Source: a virus
Lineage: Duplodnaviria > Caudoviricetes
Length of the DNA stretch: 29,441 bases
Direction: 5' to 3' (one strand)
IMG/VR virus record: IMGVR_UViG_3300030010_000014
Span: 1 to 29,441 of that record
Under the pieces are notes generated by a model. That model was not told the origin of the DNA and searched no databases. It was given only the letters and a program-made list of their open reading frames with translations. Every line of letters begins with the position of its first letter. The stretch's first letter is position 1. Made by a program: the position numbers and the translations under genes. This document shows positions 15,070-24,702 of this stretch, piece after piece.

Positions 15070-17831
15070 CAGTCCACCCCGGGCCAGAACCGGCCCTGCA
15101 CGTAGCAGCCGCCCGCAGCGATGAACGCCACCCACAACCACGGCGGCTGCGTGGACGCGAAGTCCCACCCGGAATCGTCGACCAGGCGCCCAGTGACGGG
15201 CGCCTCAGTCTCACCGTCGGGGCTCGTAGCCTCACCGGGGTAGTAGCCGGCGGGCTGCGTCGCCCACCCCCACGACATGAGCAGACCAGCCTGATCAACC
15301 TCGTCAGTCGACCAGGGGTTGTTCGACGCCGTCAACGGGTTCCCCACCACGCTCAGCAGCCGGGCCGCGGTGATTGGTCGGTCGAACACCGCGGCGGAGA
15401 ACTGGCGGGCCGGCCCCGACGTGGTCAGCTCGGTGCGCGACACGGACCCGTAGGCGCCGAACGGGATCCGCACCACGCTCCACAGGTTGGAGAACAGGGC
15501 GAACCGGGGTACCTGCCCGGCGGGAGACTCCGCGTCGAACGTCGACCTGGCCTCCGTGATCGATCCCTGGTTGAGGCGCTTCTGGTACGCCTTCGCCGGG
15601 TCTGTCGCGTTACGCTCCCGCTCCCGGATCGCATCCAGGCGGGGGAAGTCCCGCGCGTTCGTGTCGACCGTCGCCGTGACCTGATCGGGGCCGTAGTCGA
15701 CCTGCGCGACATGCACCAGCAGGTCCTCCCCGCGGAACCCCCGGATGATCCCGTTCGTGCCCTCGTCGATCAGGTAGCGGCTGTGCTCCTGCGGGTCGGT
15801 CTCGAACGCGACCGTCCCGACCCAGCCGGGGTTGATCTCCCGCGCCAGGTAGTCCGATGCGCCCTGCCGGCCCTCCGCCTTCGTCACGCCCTGCCCGAAG
15901 TCGATCTTCTCCTCCACCCGCAGCACGCTCGGGTCGTAGGCCGGGTTGGGGCCCAGGTCGTCACCGTCGGGGCCGTACCGGCGGGGCATGACGTTCGACG
16001 CCCACGCCAACGGCAGGTAGAAGCAGTCCAGGGTGCCCGTGTTCGACCCGGTGCCGAACGTCGCCGCCCACGTCTGCGGCCCCACGTAGCCGTCACGCTG
16101 GATGCCCGCGGCGGTCTGAACCTCCAGGCAGCGAGCCCGGTCGGCCCGGCCGTACACGCCAGTGACCGGCAGCCCGACCTTCCGCTGCCAATCCGACACA
16201 CCACTACCGGTCGTGGTCGAAGCATCCCGGGTGCCGAGCCCGATCGACGCTGACGGAGCCAGCGGATACGGCGGCGTGTCGTCCGGCCGCCAGTTCGGGA
16301 ACATGGCGTTGCGCCACCGGCCCCCATCCGGGGAGATGCCCTCCCCGAAGATCACGTTCGGCGCCTGCGAGTAGTCGCGGGTCAGGTCGATGGTCACGCC
16401 ACGCTGCCCGTTGTGCGTCGACCACGACACCGTCGTCGTGTCCTTCTGCTCGAGCACGGGTGCGCGGTCCGCGCACTTCACGGTCCACTGACGGCCACCG
16501 GTGACGGCCGTCGCCAGGAGCTGCTGGACGAAGCCGGTGATCCTGGGCTCCCAACCGCCCAGGACTGACGTCACACAGCCCATGTTCACCGACGGCACTT
16601 CGGTGTGGCGTCGGGAGACCGCCGAGTTCATGGTGTCGGCGATGACCACCCCGACGTCCCGGGGGCTGGTCAGGAACGCGGGGGTACGCAGTTGCCAGTC
16701 GGACACGTACACGACGCCGGCGCACTCCACGGTGAACACGCCAGCGTCGGCGCGATGCCCGAACGAGCTGACGACACCGGAGAACCTCTGCACCACGGCC
16801 CCACCGGTCACGGCCAGGCGGATGTCGACGTTCGCGCCGGCGACACACCACGCAGGCAGCAGATGGAACGGTGTGATCTGCGGCAGTTGGATGACCGCAG
16901 TCTGGGAACCGAAAGGCTCGGTCCGGGTCCACGTCGGCACCGGCGTCGGAGCCCCGTCCCAGTAGGTGATGTCGACGCCCTCGACGACGATCTGAAGGCG
17001 CCCCACCTCCTCACGGACCACCTCGTCGGGCAGCCAGTCGATGGGGTTCCCGTGCGCATCCAGGACGGGGGAGGGCATGATCTCCGACACCCTCCACAGC
17101 ACCGGGTCGGGCACACCGGCGGGCGGGAGCGCCGGCTCAGGCGGCTCCGGTGGGATCACGGACCCGCCCGGGGTGCCCTCCGGCACGTCCGGGATGTCCG
17201 GCTCACCCTCACTGACCATGGCGGCGCCGTGCAGCGCCCACGAGCCGACAGCAGTGAGCGCCGGTGCACCTAGCCAGTCCGCGCGCAACTGCGCCGACAC
17301 AGCAGCCCAGTCCGCGTCACCCGTCCACACACCCGCCCACATCAGCGCGTCGCCCGGGTTGAGCACCAGCTGGAACATCTGCGTCTGGTCGACCATGTCC
17401 GTCCACGAACCGGCCAAGACACCGTCGAGGTACAGGGTCAGGTCGGCGCCGTCGAACGCGAGGACGCCCGCCAGCCACTCCCCACCCGGCCGCGACACGG
17501 TCTGGAACTCGGCGCCGATCACCGACAGGGCGGAGGTCGTGAAGCCCGCGGCACGCCCATGGCAGAACACCCACTGCTGCAACCCGGTCGCTGCGCGCAA
17601 CACGAACCCGGCCGCACCCTGCACTGGTGCGGGCGTCCCCGCGTCGGTGTACGTGTAGCTCACGATGTCGCTGCCGGCCGGGACCGTCAGGATCTGATGG
17701 GACCCGGACGCGGCCACCTGCCCGGCATCGACGCTGTCCCGGGACAGGTTGGTGTCGACGGCCAGGGGGATCGTCTCGACGGCGCCGAGGGGCAGGTCGT
17801 CCAGGGCGGTCGACCAGACCAGGTCAGCCAC
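15069..17831 (-). CDS. Large minor tail/baseplate hub protein with N-terminal LamG-like and internal PG-binding domains
   Basis: W.AGVLAFDGADLTLYLDG (LamG-like), Pro-rich linker, VSDWQ...TGVYG...VQ..AGIQRDGYVGPQTW (PG-binding); downstream of TMP. Confidence 0.8.
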   Translation of the reverse strand: MADLVWSTALDDLPLGAVETIPLAVDTNLSRDSVDAGQVAASGSHQILTVPAGSDIVSYTYTDAGTPAPVQGAAGFVLRAATGLQQWVFCHGRAAGFTTSALSVIGAEFQTVSRPGGEWLAGVLAFDGADLTLYLDGVLAGSWTDMVDQTQMFQLVLNPGDALMWAGVWTGDADWAAVSAQLRADWLGAPALTAVGSWALHGAAMVSEGEPDIPDVPEGTPGGSVIPPEPPEPALPPAGVPDPVLWRVSEIMPSPVLDAHGNPIDWLPDEVVREEVGRLQIVVEGVDITYWDGAPTPVPTWTRTEPFGSQTAVIQLPQITPFHLLPAWCVAGANVDIRLAVTGGAVVQRFSGVVSSFGHRADAGVFTVECAGVVYVSDWQLRTPAFLTSPRDVGVVIADTMNSAVSRRHTEVPSVNMGCVTSVLGGWEPRITGFVQQLLATAVTGGRQWTVKCADRAPVLEQKDTTTVSWSTHNGQRGVTIDLTRDYSQAPNVIFGEGISPDGGRWRNAMFPNWRPDDTPPYPLAPSASIGLGTRDASTTTGSGVSDWQRKVGLPVTGVYGRADRARCLEVQTAAGIQRDGYVGPQTWAATFGTGSNTGTLDCFYLPLAWASNVMPRRYGPDGDDLGPNPAYDPSVLRVEEKIDFGQGVTKAEGRQGASDYLAREINPGWVGTVAFETDPQEHSRYLIDEGTNGIIRGFRGEDLLVHVAQVDYGPDQVTATVDTNARDFPRLDAIRERERNATDPAKAYQKRLNQGSITEARSTFDAESPAGQVPRFALFSNLWSVVRIPFGAYGSVSRTELTTSGPARQFSAAVFDRPITAARLLSVVGNPLTASNNPWSTDEVDQAGLLMSWGWATQPAGYYPGEATSPDGETEAPVTGRLVDDSGWDFASTQPPWLWVAFIAAGGCYVQGRFWPGVD

Positions 17832-18210
17832 TGGTCGTCCTGAACGTCACGGCGCCCGGCTCAAGGCTCAGCGGCGTGTCCACGTCGGGGCTGATGATCG
17901 TGGGATCCCCGGACGTGTCGACGAGGCCGGCGGAGATGATGACCTGTCCGTCCGTGGCGGCGTCGAGCAGGGCCAGGGCTGCGATGTGCCAGCCGTCGCC
18001 GGCGACACCGGCGTCGAGCTCGACGAGGGTCGTCACCCCGTCCGTGGCCGGCCCGAACACCGCATGGGTGACTGAGGTGCCGGTGGTGGCGATCAGGGCG
18101 CCAGCATCATCGAGCCAGCCCAGCCACAGCACGGACGGCACGAGGTCACTATGCGACGGCCCCAGGATCGCCTGAGCCGCGACGGAGAGGTACCCAGCAC
18201 CTATGGTCAC
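17824..18210 (-). CDS. Minor tail protein (128 aa)
   Basis: W.I.ALALLDAATDG pattern of small tail beta-sandwich proteins; position in tail block. Confidence 0.7.
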   Translation of the reverse strand: MTIGAGYLSVAAQAILGPSHSDLVPSVLWLGWLDDAGALIATTGTSVTHAVFGPATDGVTTLVELDAGVAGDGWHIAALALLDAATDGQVIISAGLVDTSGDPTIISPDVDTPLSLEPGAVTFRTTSG

Positions 18211-18216
18211 CTGCCC

Positions 18217-18238
18217 AGGGTCGGTCTGGGCGTGTCAC
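18217..18238 (-). promoter_or_regulatory. Late promoter-like motif (leaderless GTG 18210)
   Basis: GTGACA-CGCCCAGACC-GACCCT-6 nt-GTG. Confidence 0.6.
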
Positions 18239-18248
18239 CCGGTTCGTG

Positions 18249-18665
18249 TCACGCGACGAGGGGGGACACCGGGATCGTCAAGGTCACGTCCAGCAGCTTG
18301 GCCATGGCCGAGAACTTCTCGAGCGGGGCCTCCACGTCGGCCGGCTCGCACGTGTACGTGGTCGCCACGCCCTCGATGGTCACCGTCACCTCATAGGACA
18401 GTGGCGTGACGTAGGGCAGCAGCTCCTGGTAGCGGTTCGCCGTCGACACCCACGAGTCGCCCTTGCATCGGACCTGCACCGTCAGGGTGCCGGCGTCGAG
18501 GACCGCACCGAGCAGCGCCCGGCCGTGCATGTAGGTGCCCTCGACGGTGCGGCGCCGCCAGGAACGGCCGGTGGCGACGACCGACACAAGCTCGTAGTCG
18601 TCGCCGTCGGTGATCGTCAGATCCGTGTCACCGCTGAACGTCACCTGTGCGTCGAGATCAGCCAT
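18249..18665 (-). CDS. Distal tail (Dit-like) protein
   Basis: Immediately after tape measure; ATG 18665; beta-rich, 138 aa. Confidence 0.65.
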   Translation of the reverse strand: MADLDAQVTFSGDTDLTITDGDDYELVSVVATGRSWRRRTVEGTYMHGRALLGAVLDAGTLTVQVRCKGDSWVSTANRYQELLPYVTPLSYEVTVTIEGVATTYTCEPADVEAPLEKFSAMAKLLDVTLTIPVSPLVA

Positions 18666-21600
18666 GAGAGCCTCCGCCGAGTCGCCGCATCTGCTTCGTC
18701 CGGTCCCCGTACACACCCAAGGACTCCGCGTTCACCACGTACGCGCGCTGCACCGTCACCGGCGAGTACCGCTCGTTCGTGGAGTGCACCGGCACTGTGA
18801 CGACCTGCGGCACCGTCCCACCACCGGCGAAGCCGCCGAGGTAGCGGCCCATCTCAGCGCGCACCCCACCCACCCCGAGGGTCCGGGCGATGCGGTTCAT
18901 GTGGTCCACGAAGCCCTTCCCGACAGCGACGGTCCACTCGGGCCGCATGATGGCCTCACCACCAGACACCCCGATGTGCCCGATGTCACGACCCGGCGTG
19001 TACCCCGGGTAGACCCCACCGGACGCGTACGCGGTCAAGCCACCGCCGCCGCCCATGCCGGTCGCCCACCGCTCCTGCTTCGTCAGGTCGAACTTCGACG
19101 CGTCGTTGAAGCCCTGCAGGAACTGCAGACCCAGGGATTGGCCCACGTTGTAGATCTGGTAACCGCTCACGCCCAGGCTGTCGGCGATCTCCTGGATGGT
19201 GTTCGCGGAGCCCTCCTGCAGGGCGATCTGGATGCCCAAGCCCAGGTTCCCGCCGATGGCCTTCCCGGACAGCACACCGGCCTGCGTGACCTCCGCCTGC
19301 GTGGTCAGCGTGCCCGTGAGGTTGTCGATGGTGACGCGGGCGTCGTTCGTGAAGTCGATCGCCGTGGGGTCGCCGAGGAGGGCCTTGCGGGTGTCCGCGG
19401 AGGCCTCCGGGCCCTGCGCGATGAGCTGCGACAGGTCGGTAGCGTTCAAGCCCTTGGATGCGAGAGTCTGGATGTCCGATACGAACGTGCTGGTGGTGTC
19501 GATGATCCCCTGCACCTTGGCGCGGTACTGCGCCACCGGGTCCGACCGGGTTTCGGTGTCCGTGAGGGACTCTGTGGCGTCCTGCAGGGCCTTGCGGGCA
19601 TCAGCGACGGACTCCTCAGCACGGACCTTGTCGTTGACGCTCACACCCTTCCGGGCGTACGTGTCCTCCCGGTCGGCTTCCGCGTCCCGCAGGGACTTCG
19701 TCGCGTCGGTCACCTTGTCCCGCGCTGAGGCGACCTCATCAGCGGAGGCAATGTCGAGCTTCTGCGTCGTGAACGACGCGTCGGCGGCCTTCCGTGCCGC
19801 CTCACCAGCCTCGTCGATGGCCTTCTGCTGATCCTCCGACCAGGTGACCCACGCGTTCGCGTTCGCGGACACAGCGGACGTCTGCAGCGTCAACGCGTCG
19901 GTGCCCTGATTGTCGGCGGCAGCCTTCTGCTTCCCGACCCGGATCGCTTCCTCGATGGTCCCGTTCGAGCCGGCGACCCGCTGGCTGACGATGTCGGCTG
20001 CTGCCGCGTACTCGGCCTCCGAGATGCCGAGCGCCTTCAGCCGGGTCTGCAGTTGCTCGTAGTCGGAGTCGGTCTGCCACCGCTTCGTCGCGTCCTGCAC
20101 CTTCTCCAGTGCGGCGACATTCCCGAGGGCGGCGTCCGTGACGACATCGAGGCCCAGGCCGAGCTTCGTGGCTTGGTCGTACGCCGACTCGGAGGGTCCG
20201 ATCCCAGTCTGCTTCTCCGACAGCTGGTTCTTCACCCATTCGCGGGTGTTGTCGGTCACGGCACCCGTCTGCTCGTCCAGGGTGGCGGAGACCTCCTGGA
20301 TGGCCGCCTGCGCTTGCGCCTGCGCGGAGGAGAACGCCGCGATCGCCATCGTCACACCGGTGATGGCCAGGCCCCAGCCGCCACCGAACGCGCCCAGCAG
20401 ACCAGACCCGATCGACGACGCTGCCGTACGGGTCACAGAACCCGCGGTGGTAATCGCGGTGCTGAACCGTCCGACCCGACTGTAGGCGCGATCTGAGGAG
20501 ACGCTCATCGCGGCGAGGGTCCGCTGGTAGCGCACCTGTTCGGAGATGGCCGTCGTGGTGCTCGAGGCGACGGACTCGAGCCGTGGGCCCAGGAAGTGCG
20601 CTGCCGCGCCAGCGGCGAGCATCGCGATCGCCGCCGACTGCACCGGCGCCGGCAGAGCACCGAACGTCTGCGCGCCCGACTTCACGACGCCCATCAGGTC
20701 CTGCAGGCCACGCAGCCCCGACAGGGCCGCCGGCACGAGGTTCTCGGTGATGGCGCCCGCCATGTTGCGGAACGCGGTGCGCGTGGAGTCCAGGGTCGCG
20801 GTGATGCCGCCGGCGCCCTTGATCTGCGCCATCATCCCACCGAACGCCACCGTGGCGCCGTTCACACCGTCGGTGCCGTTGTTGATGCCGTTGACCAGGC
20901 CCTCCACAGCGACGTCCGCCGGGATCAGGCCCTTCTCGATGAGCTTCTGGTACTCACCGGTCGTCATGCCCGCCTGGTTGGCGAGGATCTTCAAGCCGTT
21001 GACGCCGATCTCCGAGAGCTGCATCAGCTCCTGGCTGCTCAGGCGGCCCTTCGCGTTGATCTGCCCCAGTGCGCGGACGAGGCTGCTCACACCCTCCTGA
21101 CCCTTGCCCATCGCAGTCGCGGCGTCACCCACACTGCGCAGGATCGGGATGACGTCCTTCGTGGCGAAGCCGTAGGTGACGAGCTTCTGCGCCTGATCCG
21201 TCAGGTCCGTGAACGCGTACGGCGTCTCCTTCGCGAACTCGAGGATGTCGGCGAGGAACGACTTCGCCGCCCCCTGCGAGCCCAGGAGAGTCGTCAGGGC
21301 GATCTGCGTGTTCTGCGTGAACGTGTTGAAGCCGAAGCCGACATCCCAGACCTGCTTGACCAGCAGCGCCAGGCCGGCGTACCCGGTGAGCTGGCCGAGG
21401 GTGGCCATGATCGACGACCCCGACGACCTCACGGCCGCGGTGGTCTGCTCGGTGGACGACTGGGCGCGGCGCTGCGCCTCCACCCACCGGGTGGCCATGG
21501 CCTGCTGATCGGCGGCGATCTGCCGGGAGGAGGCCGTGACCTGGGTCTGCTGTGTCTTCGTGCCCGTGGTACTGCGGTTGGCGGCGCGCTGCATGGTCGC

Positions 21601-21759
21601 CGCGGACTGCTCCATCGCCGCCGCAGCACGCGCCATGCTCGACGCGCTCTGGTTCGCGAAGTCGGCGATGACCTTGTTGCCTGCGGCGAGCTCCGCGCGC
21701 AGGGACGCGATGTCACCGGTGACCTGGACGCCGAGGGTGTACGCCTCACCGAGGGACAC
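18658..21759 (-). CDS. Tape measure protein (1033 aa)
   Basis: Ala/Gly-rich; tape-measure domain (ALTTLLGS..AAK..LADILEFAKETPY...LGQINAKGRLSSQELMQL); follows chaperones. Confidence 0.96.
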   Translation of the reverse strand: MSLGEAYTLGVQVTGDIASLRAELAAGNKVIADFANQSASSMARAAAAMEQSAATMQRAANRSTTGTKTQQTQVTASSRQIAADQQAMATRWVEAQRRAQSSTEQTTAAVRSSGSSIMATLGQLTGYAGLALLVKQVWDVGFGFNTFTQNTQIALTTLLGSQGAAKSFLADILEFAKETPYAFTDLTDQAQKLVTYGFATKDVIPILRSVGDAATAMGKGQEGVSSLVRALGQINAKGRLSSQELMQLSEIGVNGLKILANQAGMTTGEYQKLIEKGLIPADVAVEGLVNGINNGTDGVNGATVAFGGMMAQIKGAGGITATLDSTRTAFRNMAGAITENLVPAALSGLRGLQDLMGVVKSGAQTFGALPAPVQSAAIAMLAAGAAAHFLGPRLESVASSTTTAISEQVRYQRTLAAMSVSSDRAYSRVGRFSTAITTAGSVTRTAASSIGSGLLGAFGGGWGLAITGVTMAIAAFSSAQAQAQAAIQEVSATLDEQTGAVTDNTREWVKNQLSEKQTGIGPSESAYDQATKLGLGLDVVTDAALGNVAALEKVQDATKRWQTDSDYEQLQTRLKALGISEAEYAAAADIVSQRVAGSNGTIEEAIRVGKQKAAADNQGTDALTLQTSAVSANANAWVTWSEDQQKAIDEAGEAARKAADASFTTQKLDIASADEVASARDKVTDATKSLRDAEADREDTYARKGVSVNDKVRAEESVADARKALQDATESLTDTETRSDPVAQYRAKVQGIIDTTSTFVSDIQTLASKGLNATDLSQLIAQGPEASADTRKALLGDPTAIDFTNDARVTIDNLTGTLTTQAEVTQAGVLSGKAIGGNLGLGIQIALQEGSANTIQEIADSLGVSGYQIYNVGQSLGLQFLQGFNDASKFDLTKQERWATGMGGGGGLTAYASGGVYPGYTPGRDIGHIGVSGGEAIMRPEWTVAVGKGFVDHMNRIARTLGVGGVRAEMGRYLGGFAGGGTVPQVVTVPVHSTNERYSPVTVQRAYVVNAESLGVYGDRTKQMRRLGGGSHG

Positions 21760-22267
21760 GCGTCACCTCCAACGCCCAGCCGACACGCAGGTCCGGGGGG
21801 GCGTCGTGGTACTGCTCCTCGAGGTGGTGTTCGTGGGCGCAGGCCGCGCAGTACGCGCGGGTGATGGTCACGGCGTCCGGGTCAGTCATGGCAGCCCGGG
21901 GGTGCTTCCCGGCGGGGCACAGGTCGCGGCGGGCCAGGACGGTAGCGATCGCGAGATCCTGCGACGCTTCCGGCCACGTCAGGAACTGCGCGTGCGAGAT
22001 GCCCATGTCGACGCACACCGAGGCCTCGACGGCGATGACCGGGTCCTGGTCGATCAGGTCAGCAGCCCACGTGTGATCGGGGAGCACGACGGTCAGGGCC
22101 CGGTTGTAGGCGCGCAGCGCCTCAGTCTCCGTGCCGGTCTCCCACACGAGCGGGTCCATGCCGGCTGCGGCCAGGACGGCCTGCGCGAAGTCGTCGCTGG
22201 GGTCCTTGGGGTCGACGGCGGGGTGGTCCTGGCGGAGCCTGAACCACACCGCGCGTCGAGGCTCCAC
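21746..22267 (-). CDS. Tail assembly chaperone, second (T-like) ORF
   Basis: Precedes TMP; VCVDMGISHAQFLTW...DLAIA...RRDLCP...CAAC resembles post-frameshift chaperone domains; probable GTG 22267, frame open to 22474. Confidence 0.7.
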   Translation of the reverse strand: MEPRRAVWFRLRQDHPAVDPKDPSDDFAQAVLAAAGMDPLVWETGTETEALRAYNRALTVVLPDHTWAADLIDQDPVIAVEASVCVDMGISHAQFLTWPEASQDLAIATVLARRDLCPAGKHPRAAMTDPDAVTITRAYCAACAHEHHLEEQYHDAPPDLRVGWALEVTRVPR

Positions 22268-22269
22268 GA

Positions 22270-22776
22270 TCAGACCTGGACTCTGATCGCGGCGTTCACC
22301 AGCATCTCGATCTCCCCGGCCGACCACGCCGGGTCGTTGAGCATGTCCTCCACGACCGCGGCGGACATCTTCGGCTCGTGGGATGCGTCGCGCAGGATCG
22401 TGGGCGTCATGGCGTCCACGTCGAAGAGCAGATCCTTGTCCTTCGACGGGTACGCGGCCTTCAGCGCCTTCCACGCCTTCCAGCCGAGGGGCCGGAACGA
22501 GTACACCTGGCAGCCGTCCGTGAGGGCCTGGTTGGCGTGGTCGACCTGGGCCTTCAGCGCCTCAAGGTCGGCCTCGTCCGCGGCGGCGACTTGGGCGGCG
22601 ACGTCGTCAGCCGGGATGCCGGAGTGGAGGGCCTGCTGCTGACGCACCCGGGCGGTGAACGACTCGAGCAGCTGGTGCGCGGTGTGGTCCAGGGCGATCT
22701 TCGCCGCGGCGACCGTGTCCTCCAGGGTCGCGTCCAGGCAGATCGGGACTTCGATGAGGCGGGGCTTCTTGTCCAC
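22270..22776 (-). CDS. Tail assembly chaperone (G-like)
   Basis: Follows major tail gene; VPICLD...FRPLG.KAWKALKAAYP motif. Confidence 0.75.
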   Translation of the reverse strand: MDKKPRLIEVPICLDATLEDTVAAAKIALDHTAHQLLESFTARVRQQQALHSGIPADDVAAQVAAADEADLEALKAQVDHANQALTDGCQVYSFRPLGWKAWKALKAAYPSKDKDLLFDVDAMTPTILRDASHEPKMSAAVVEDMLNDPAWSAGEIEMLVNAAIRVQV

Positions 22777-22805
22777 GGGTGAGCGTTCCCTTCCCTACAG
22801 GTGGA

Positions 22806-22852
22806 GGCGCCCACCCCACCCGGGGTGGGGGTTTACGGGTGGGGTGGGCGCC
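22806..22852 (-). terminator. Perfect 17-bp hairpin after major tail gene
   Basis: GGCGCCCACCCCACCCG-13 nt-CGGGTGGGGTGGGCGCC. Confidence 0.7.
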
Positions 22853-22874
22853 GGTTTGGGGGACTCCCGACGGG

Positions 22875-23381
22875 TCAGGAGGTGGCTGCGCTGAGCACGC
22901 CCTTCCTGAGGGGGTGCTGCGCCGCGAACGTGATGCCGACGGTCGACGCCGCGGCGTCCAGCGACAGGGTCGGCATCTGCGCCGAGACCTTCTCCCGCTG
23001 CCAGTAGCACTTCGCGCCCGGCTCCGGGTCCTGCGTGTGCAGGAAGAACACCAGCGTGCCCTCCTCGTCGGCGACCAGGTTGTCGATGACGAGCTGCCGC
23101 AGCTCCGCGATGGAGTCGGTGCCGTCGTCGTCGACCACGGTCAGGACGGGGGTGCCCATCGTCGACTCGCCGGCGATCTGGTACGACGTGCGGCTGCGGA
23201 GGATCGGGACGTTGATGTTGTTCGGCGTGGTGTCCAGGCCGGTCAGGCCCGTGGTGGAGTCCGTCAGGTCCAGGACTCCGTCAGCGGTCAGCTGGTCGTA
23301 GGTGGGGCCGGCGGCGTCGACCTCGATGGTTCCGGGCAGCCAGTACGCGCTCCCCGTGCCGCGCCACATGTAGAGAGCCAT
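22875..23381 (-). CDS. Major tail (tube) protein
   Basis: RBS AAGGAG; WLPGTI....GPT..L...GVLDLT motif; between tail terminator and chaperones; followed by hairpin. Confidence 0.8.
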   Translation of the reverse strand: MALYMWRGTGSAYWLPGTIEVDAAGPTYDQLTADGVLDLTDSTTGLTGLDTTPNNINVPILRSRTSYQIAGESTMGTPVLTVVDDDGTDSIAELRQLVIDNLVADEEGTLVFFLHTQDPEPGAKCYWQREKVSAQMPTLSLDAAASTVGITFAAQHPLRKGVLSAATS

Positions 23382-23430
23382 GTGCTTGTCTCCTTGATCG
23401 GTCAGGCAGCGGGGGTGCTGCGCTCGACCG

Positions 23431-23865
23431 TCAGGGTGCGTCTGGGGGTGTCACTCGGTGCTGCCAGCCGATGCGGTAGGTCTCGACCCAGGTGTGCACG
23501 CCGTCGAGGGTGTCGCCGTGGCCGTCGCGCTGGCTGGTCACCGGGTCGAACCGGTAGTCCTCAGCGGTCAAGGGGTTGGTGGGGCCACCGCGGGCGCGGG
23601 CGGACAGGATGTCGCGGACCGCGTCTCCGGCGAGGCGCGCATGCGTGCGGTCGTGGCCACGGATCGTCACCTGCATGAGGAAGTCCGCGCGCTCCGGCGC
23701 GCCCATCGTCACCGCGACCGGGATCGGGGTGGTGACGGGCGTCAGGGACACCGTGCCGACGGTGATGGTGTCGGCGTCAATGCTGACCGTCAGGCCCTGA
23801 GGAAGCATGGAGGCCAGGAGGGTCTTGGCGGCTTCGAGCGGTACCGCGGTGCGGGTCAAGGACAC
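23431..23865 (-). CDS. Tail terminator / tail completion protein
   Basis: Position; QVTIRG.DR..AR..GDAVRDIL motif. Confidence 0.7.
   Translation of the reverse strand: MSLTRTAVPLEAAKTLLASMLPQGLTVSIDADTITVGTVSLTPVTTPIPVAVTMGAPERADFLMQVTIRGHDRTHARLAGDAVRDILSARARGGPTNPLTAEDYRFDPVTSQRDGHGDTLDGVHTWVETYRIGWQHRVTPPDAP
23433..23454 (-). promoter_or_regulatory. Late promoter-like motif upstream of major tail
   Basis: GTGACA-CCCCCAGACG-CACCCT. Confidence 0.6.
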
Positions 23866-23866
23866 G

Positions 23867-24307
23867 TCAAGCCCCCCTGGTCAGGCGCAGAACAGCGACC
23901 CGGAGGTCGGCGATCAGCTCGGGTCGGGTCGCATCCACCGCGGGCCGCACATGCGGGTACGGCGGCTGCGTGAACGCCCGACCCAGGGAGTCGACGTCCG
24001 TGAACCCGTACTCGAGGCGACGTGCCTGCGGACTGTTCGTCGACACCACCGCGGAGGCGTTGCCGGCCGCGTCCCTGCCGGTGGCTAGAGCCCAGGTGCG
24101 CCGGTAGTCGCCTGTGGCGACGTTCGGGCCCGGACCGGTGCCGGGGATGTGCGGCAGGCCCCGCCGGTGGAACCCCGTTGACGCGTTCGCGCGGATCCGC
24201 GTCAGGAGCGTCGCTCCGGCGTCGTACACGACCCGGCTCACGGCGTCCTGCGCCCGGTCCGCGAGGGCCGTCAAGGTGGGTGGCGTCGAGACGTGGATCT
24301 GGATCAT
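23867..24307 (-). CDS. HK97 gp10-like neck protein
   Basis: PNVATGDYRRTW...TNSPQARRLEYG...QPPYPHVRPA; ATG 24307. Confidence 0.85.
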   Translation of the reverse strand: MIQIHVSTPPTLTALADRAQDAVSRVVYDAGATLLTRIRANASTGFHRRGLPHIPGTGPGPNVATGDYRRTWALATGRDAAGNASAVVSTNSPQARRLEYGFTDVDSLGRAFTQPPYPHVRPAVDATRPELIADLRVAVLRLTRGA

Positions 24308-24702
24308 CGGGTCGGCCTCGCGTACACGGTGAGCACCGCGCCGGCGGACGAGACGACAGCGCCCAGGACCCGCGCGTCCGCGCCGGACAGGTGCGGGTCG
24401 AGGGAGGCCTCGCAGACGATCCACGACCCCACCGGCGGCATGGGGGTGTCGGGCAGGAGCACGACCCTCCAGTCCGTGGCGTGCACTTCCACCCCGGGCA
24501 GGAGCTCGTGCATGACGTTCATGCCGGCGGGTGCGACGATCGCCGCGTACGAGCCCAGTGGTGTCGCGGTCGTGGAGGGTGCGAGCGTGTCGGGGTCGGT
24601 GGCGGTGACGCGGGTCTCCACGCGCACCGTCGTCCCCGACGTCGTGATGGCCGACGCGGCCAGGCTCTGCCCCAGGGCGAACAGGGGTCCGAGGTCAGGC
24701 AC
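24304..24702 (-). CDS. Head-to-tail stopper-like protein
   Basis: GTG 24702; position between adaptor and gp10-like genes; beta-rich. Confidence 0.6.
   Translation of the reverse strand: MPDLGPLFALGQSLAASAITTSGTTVRVETRVTATDPDTLAPSTTATPLGSYAAIVAPAGMNVMHELLPGVEVHATDWRVVLLPDTPMPPVGSWIVCEASLDPHLSGADARVLGAVVSSAGAVLTVYARPTR

Noticed and set aside
22270-22474. Canonical -1 slippery site for tail chaperones
   Set aside because: No X XXY YYZ heptamer found in the overlap; GCCGGGGAG is the nearest and does not fit.
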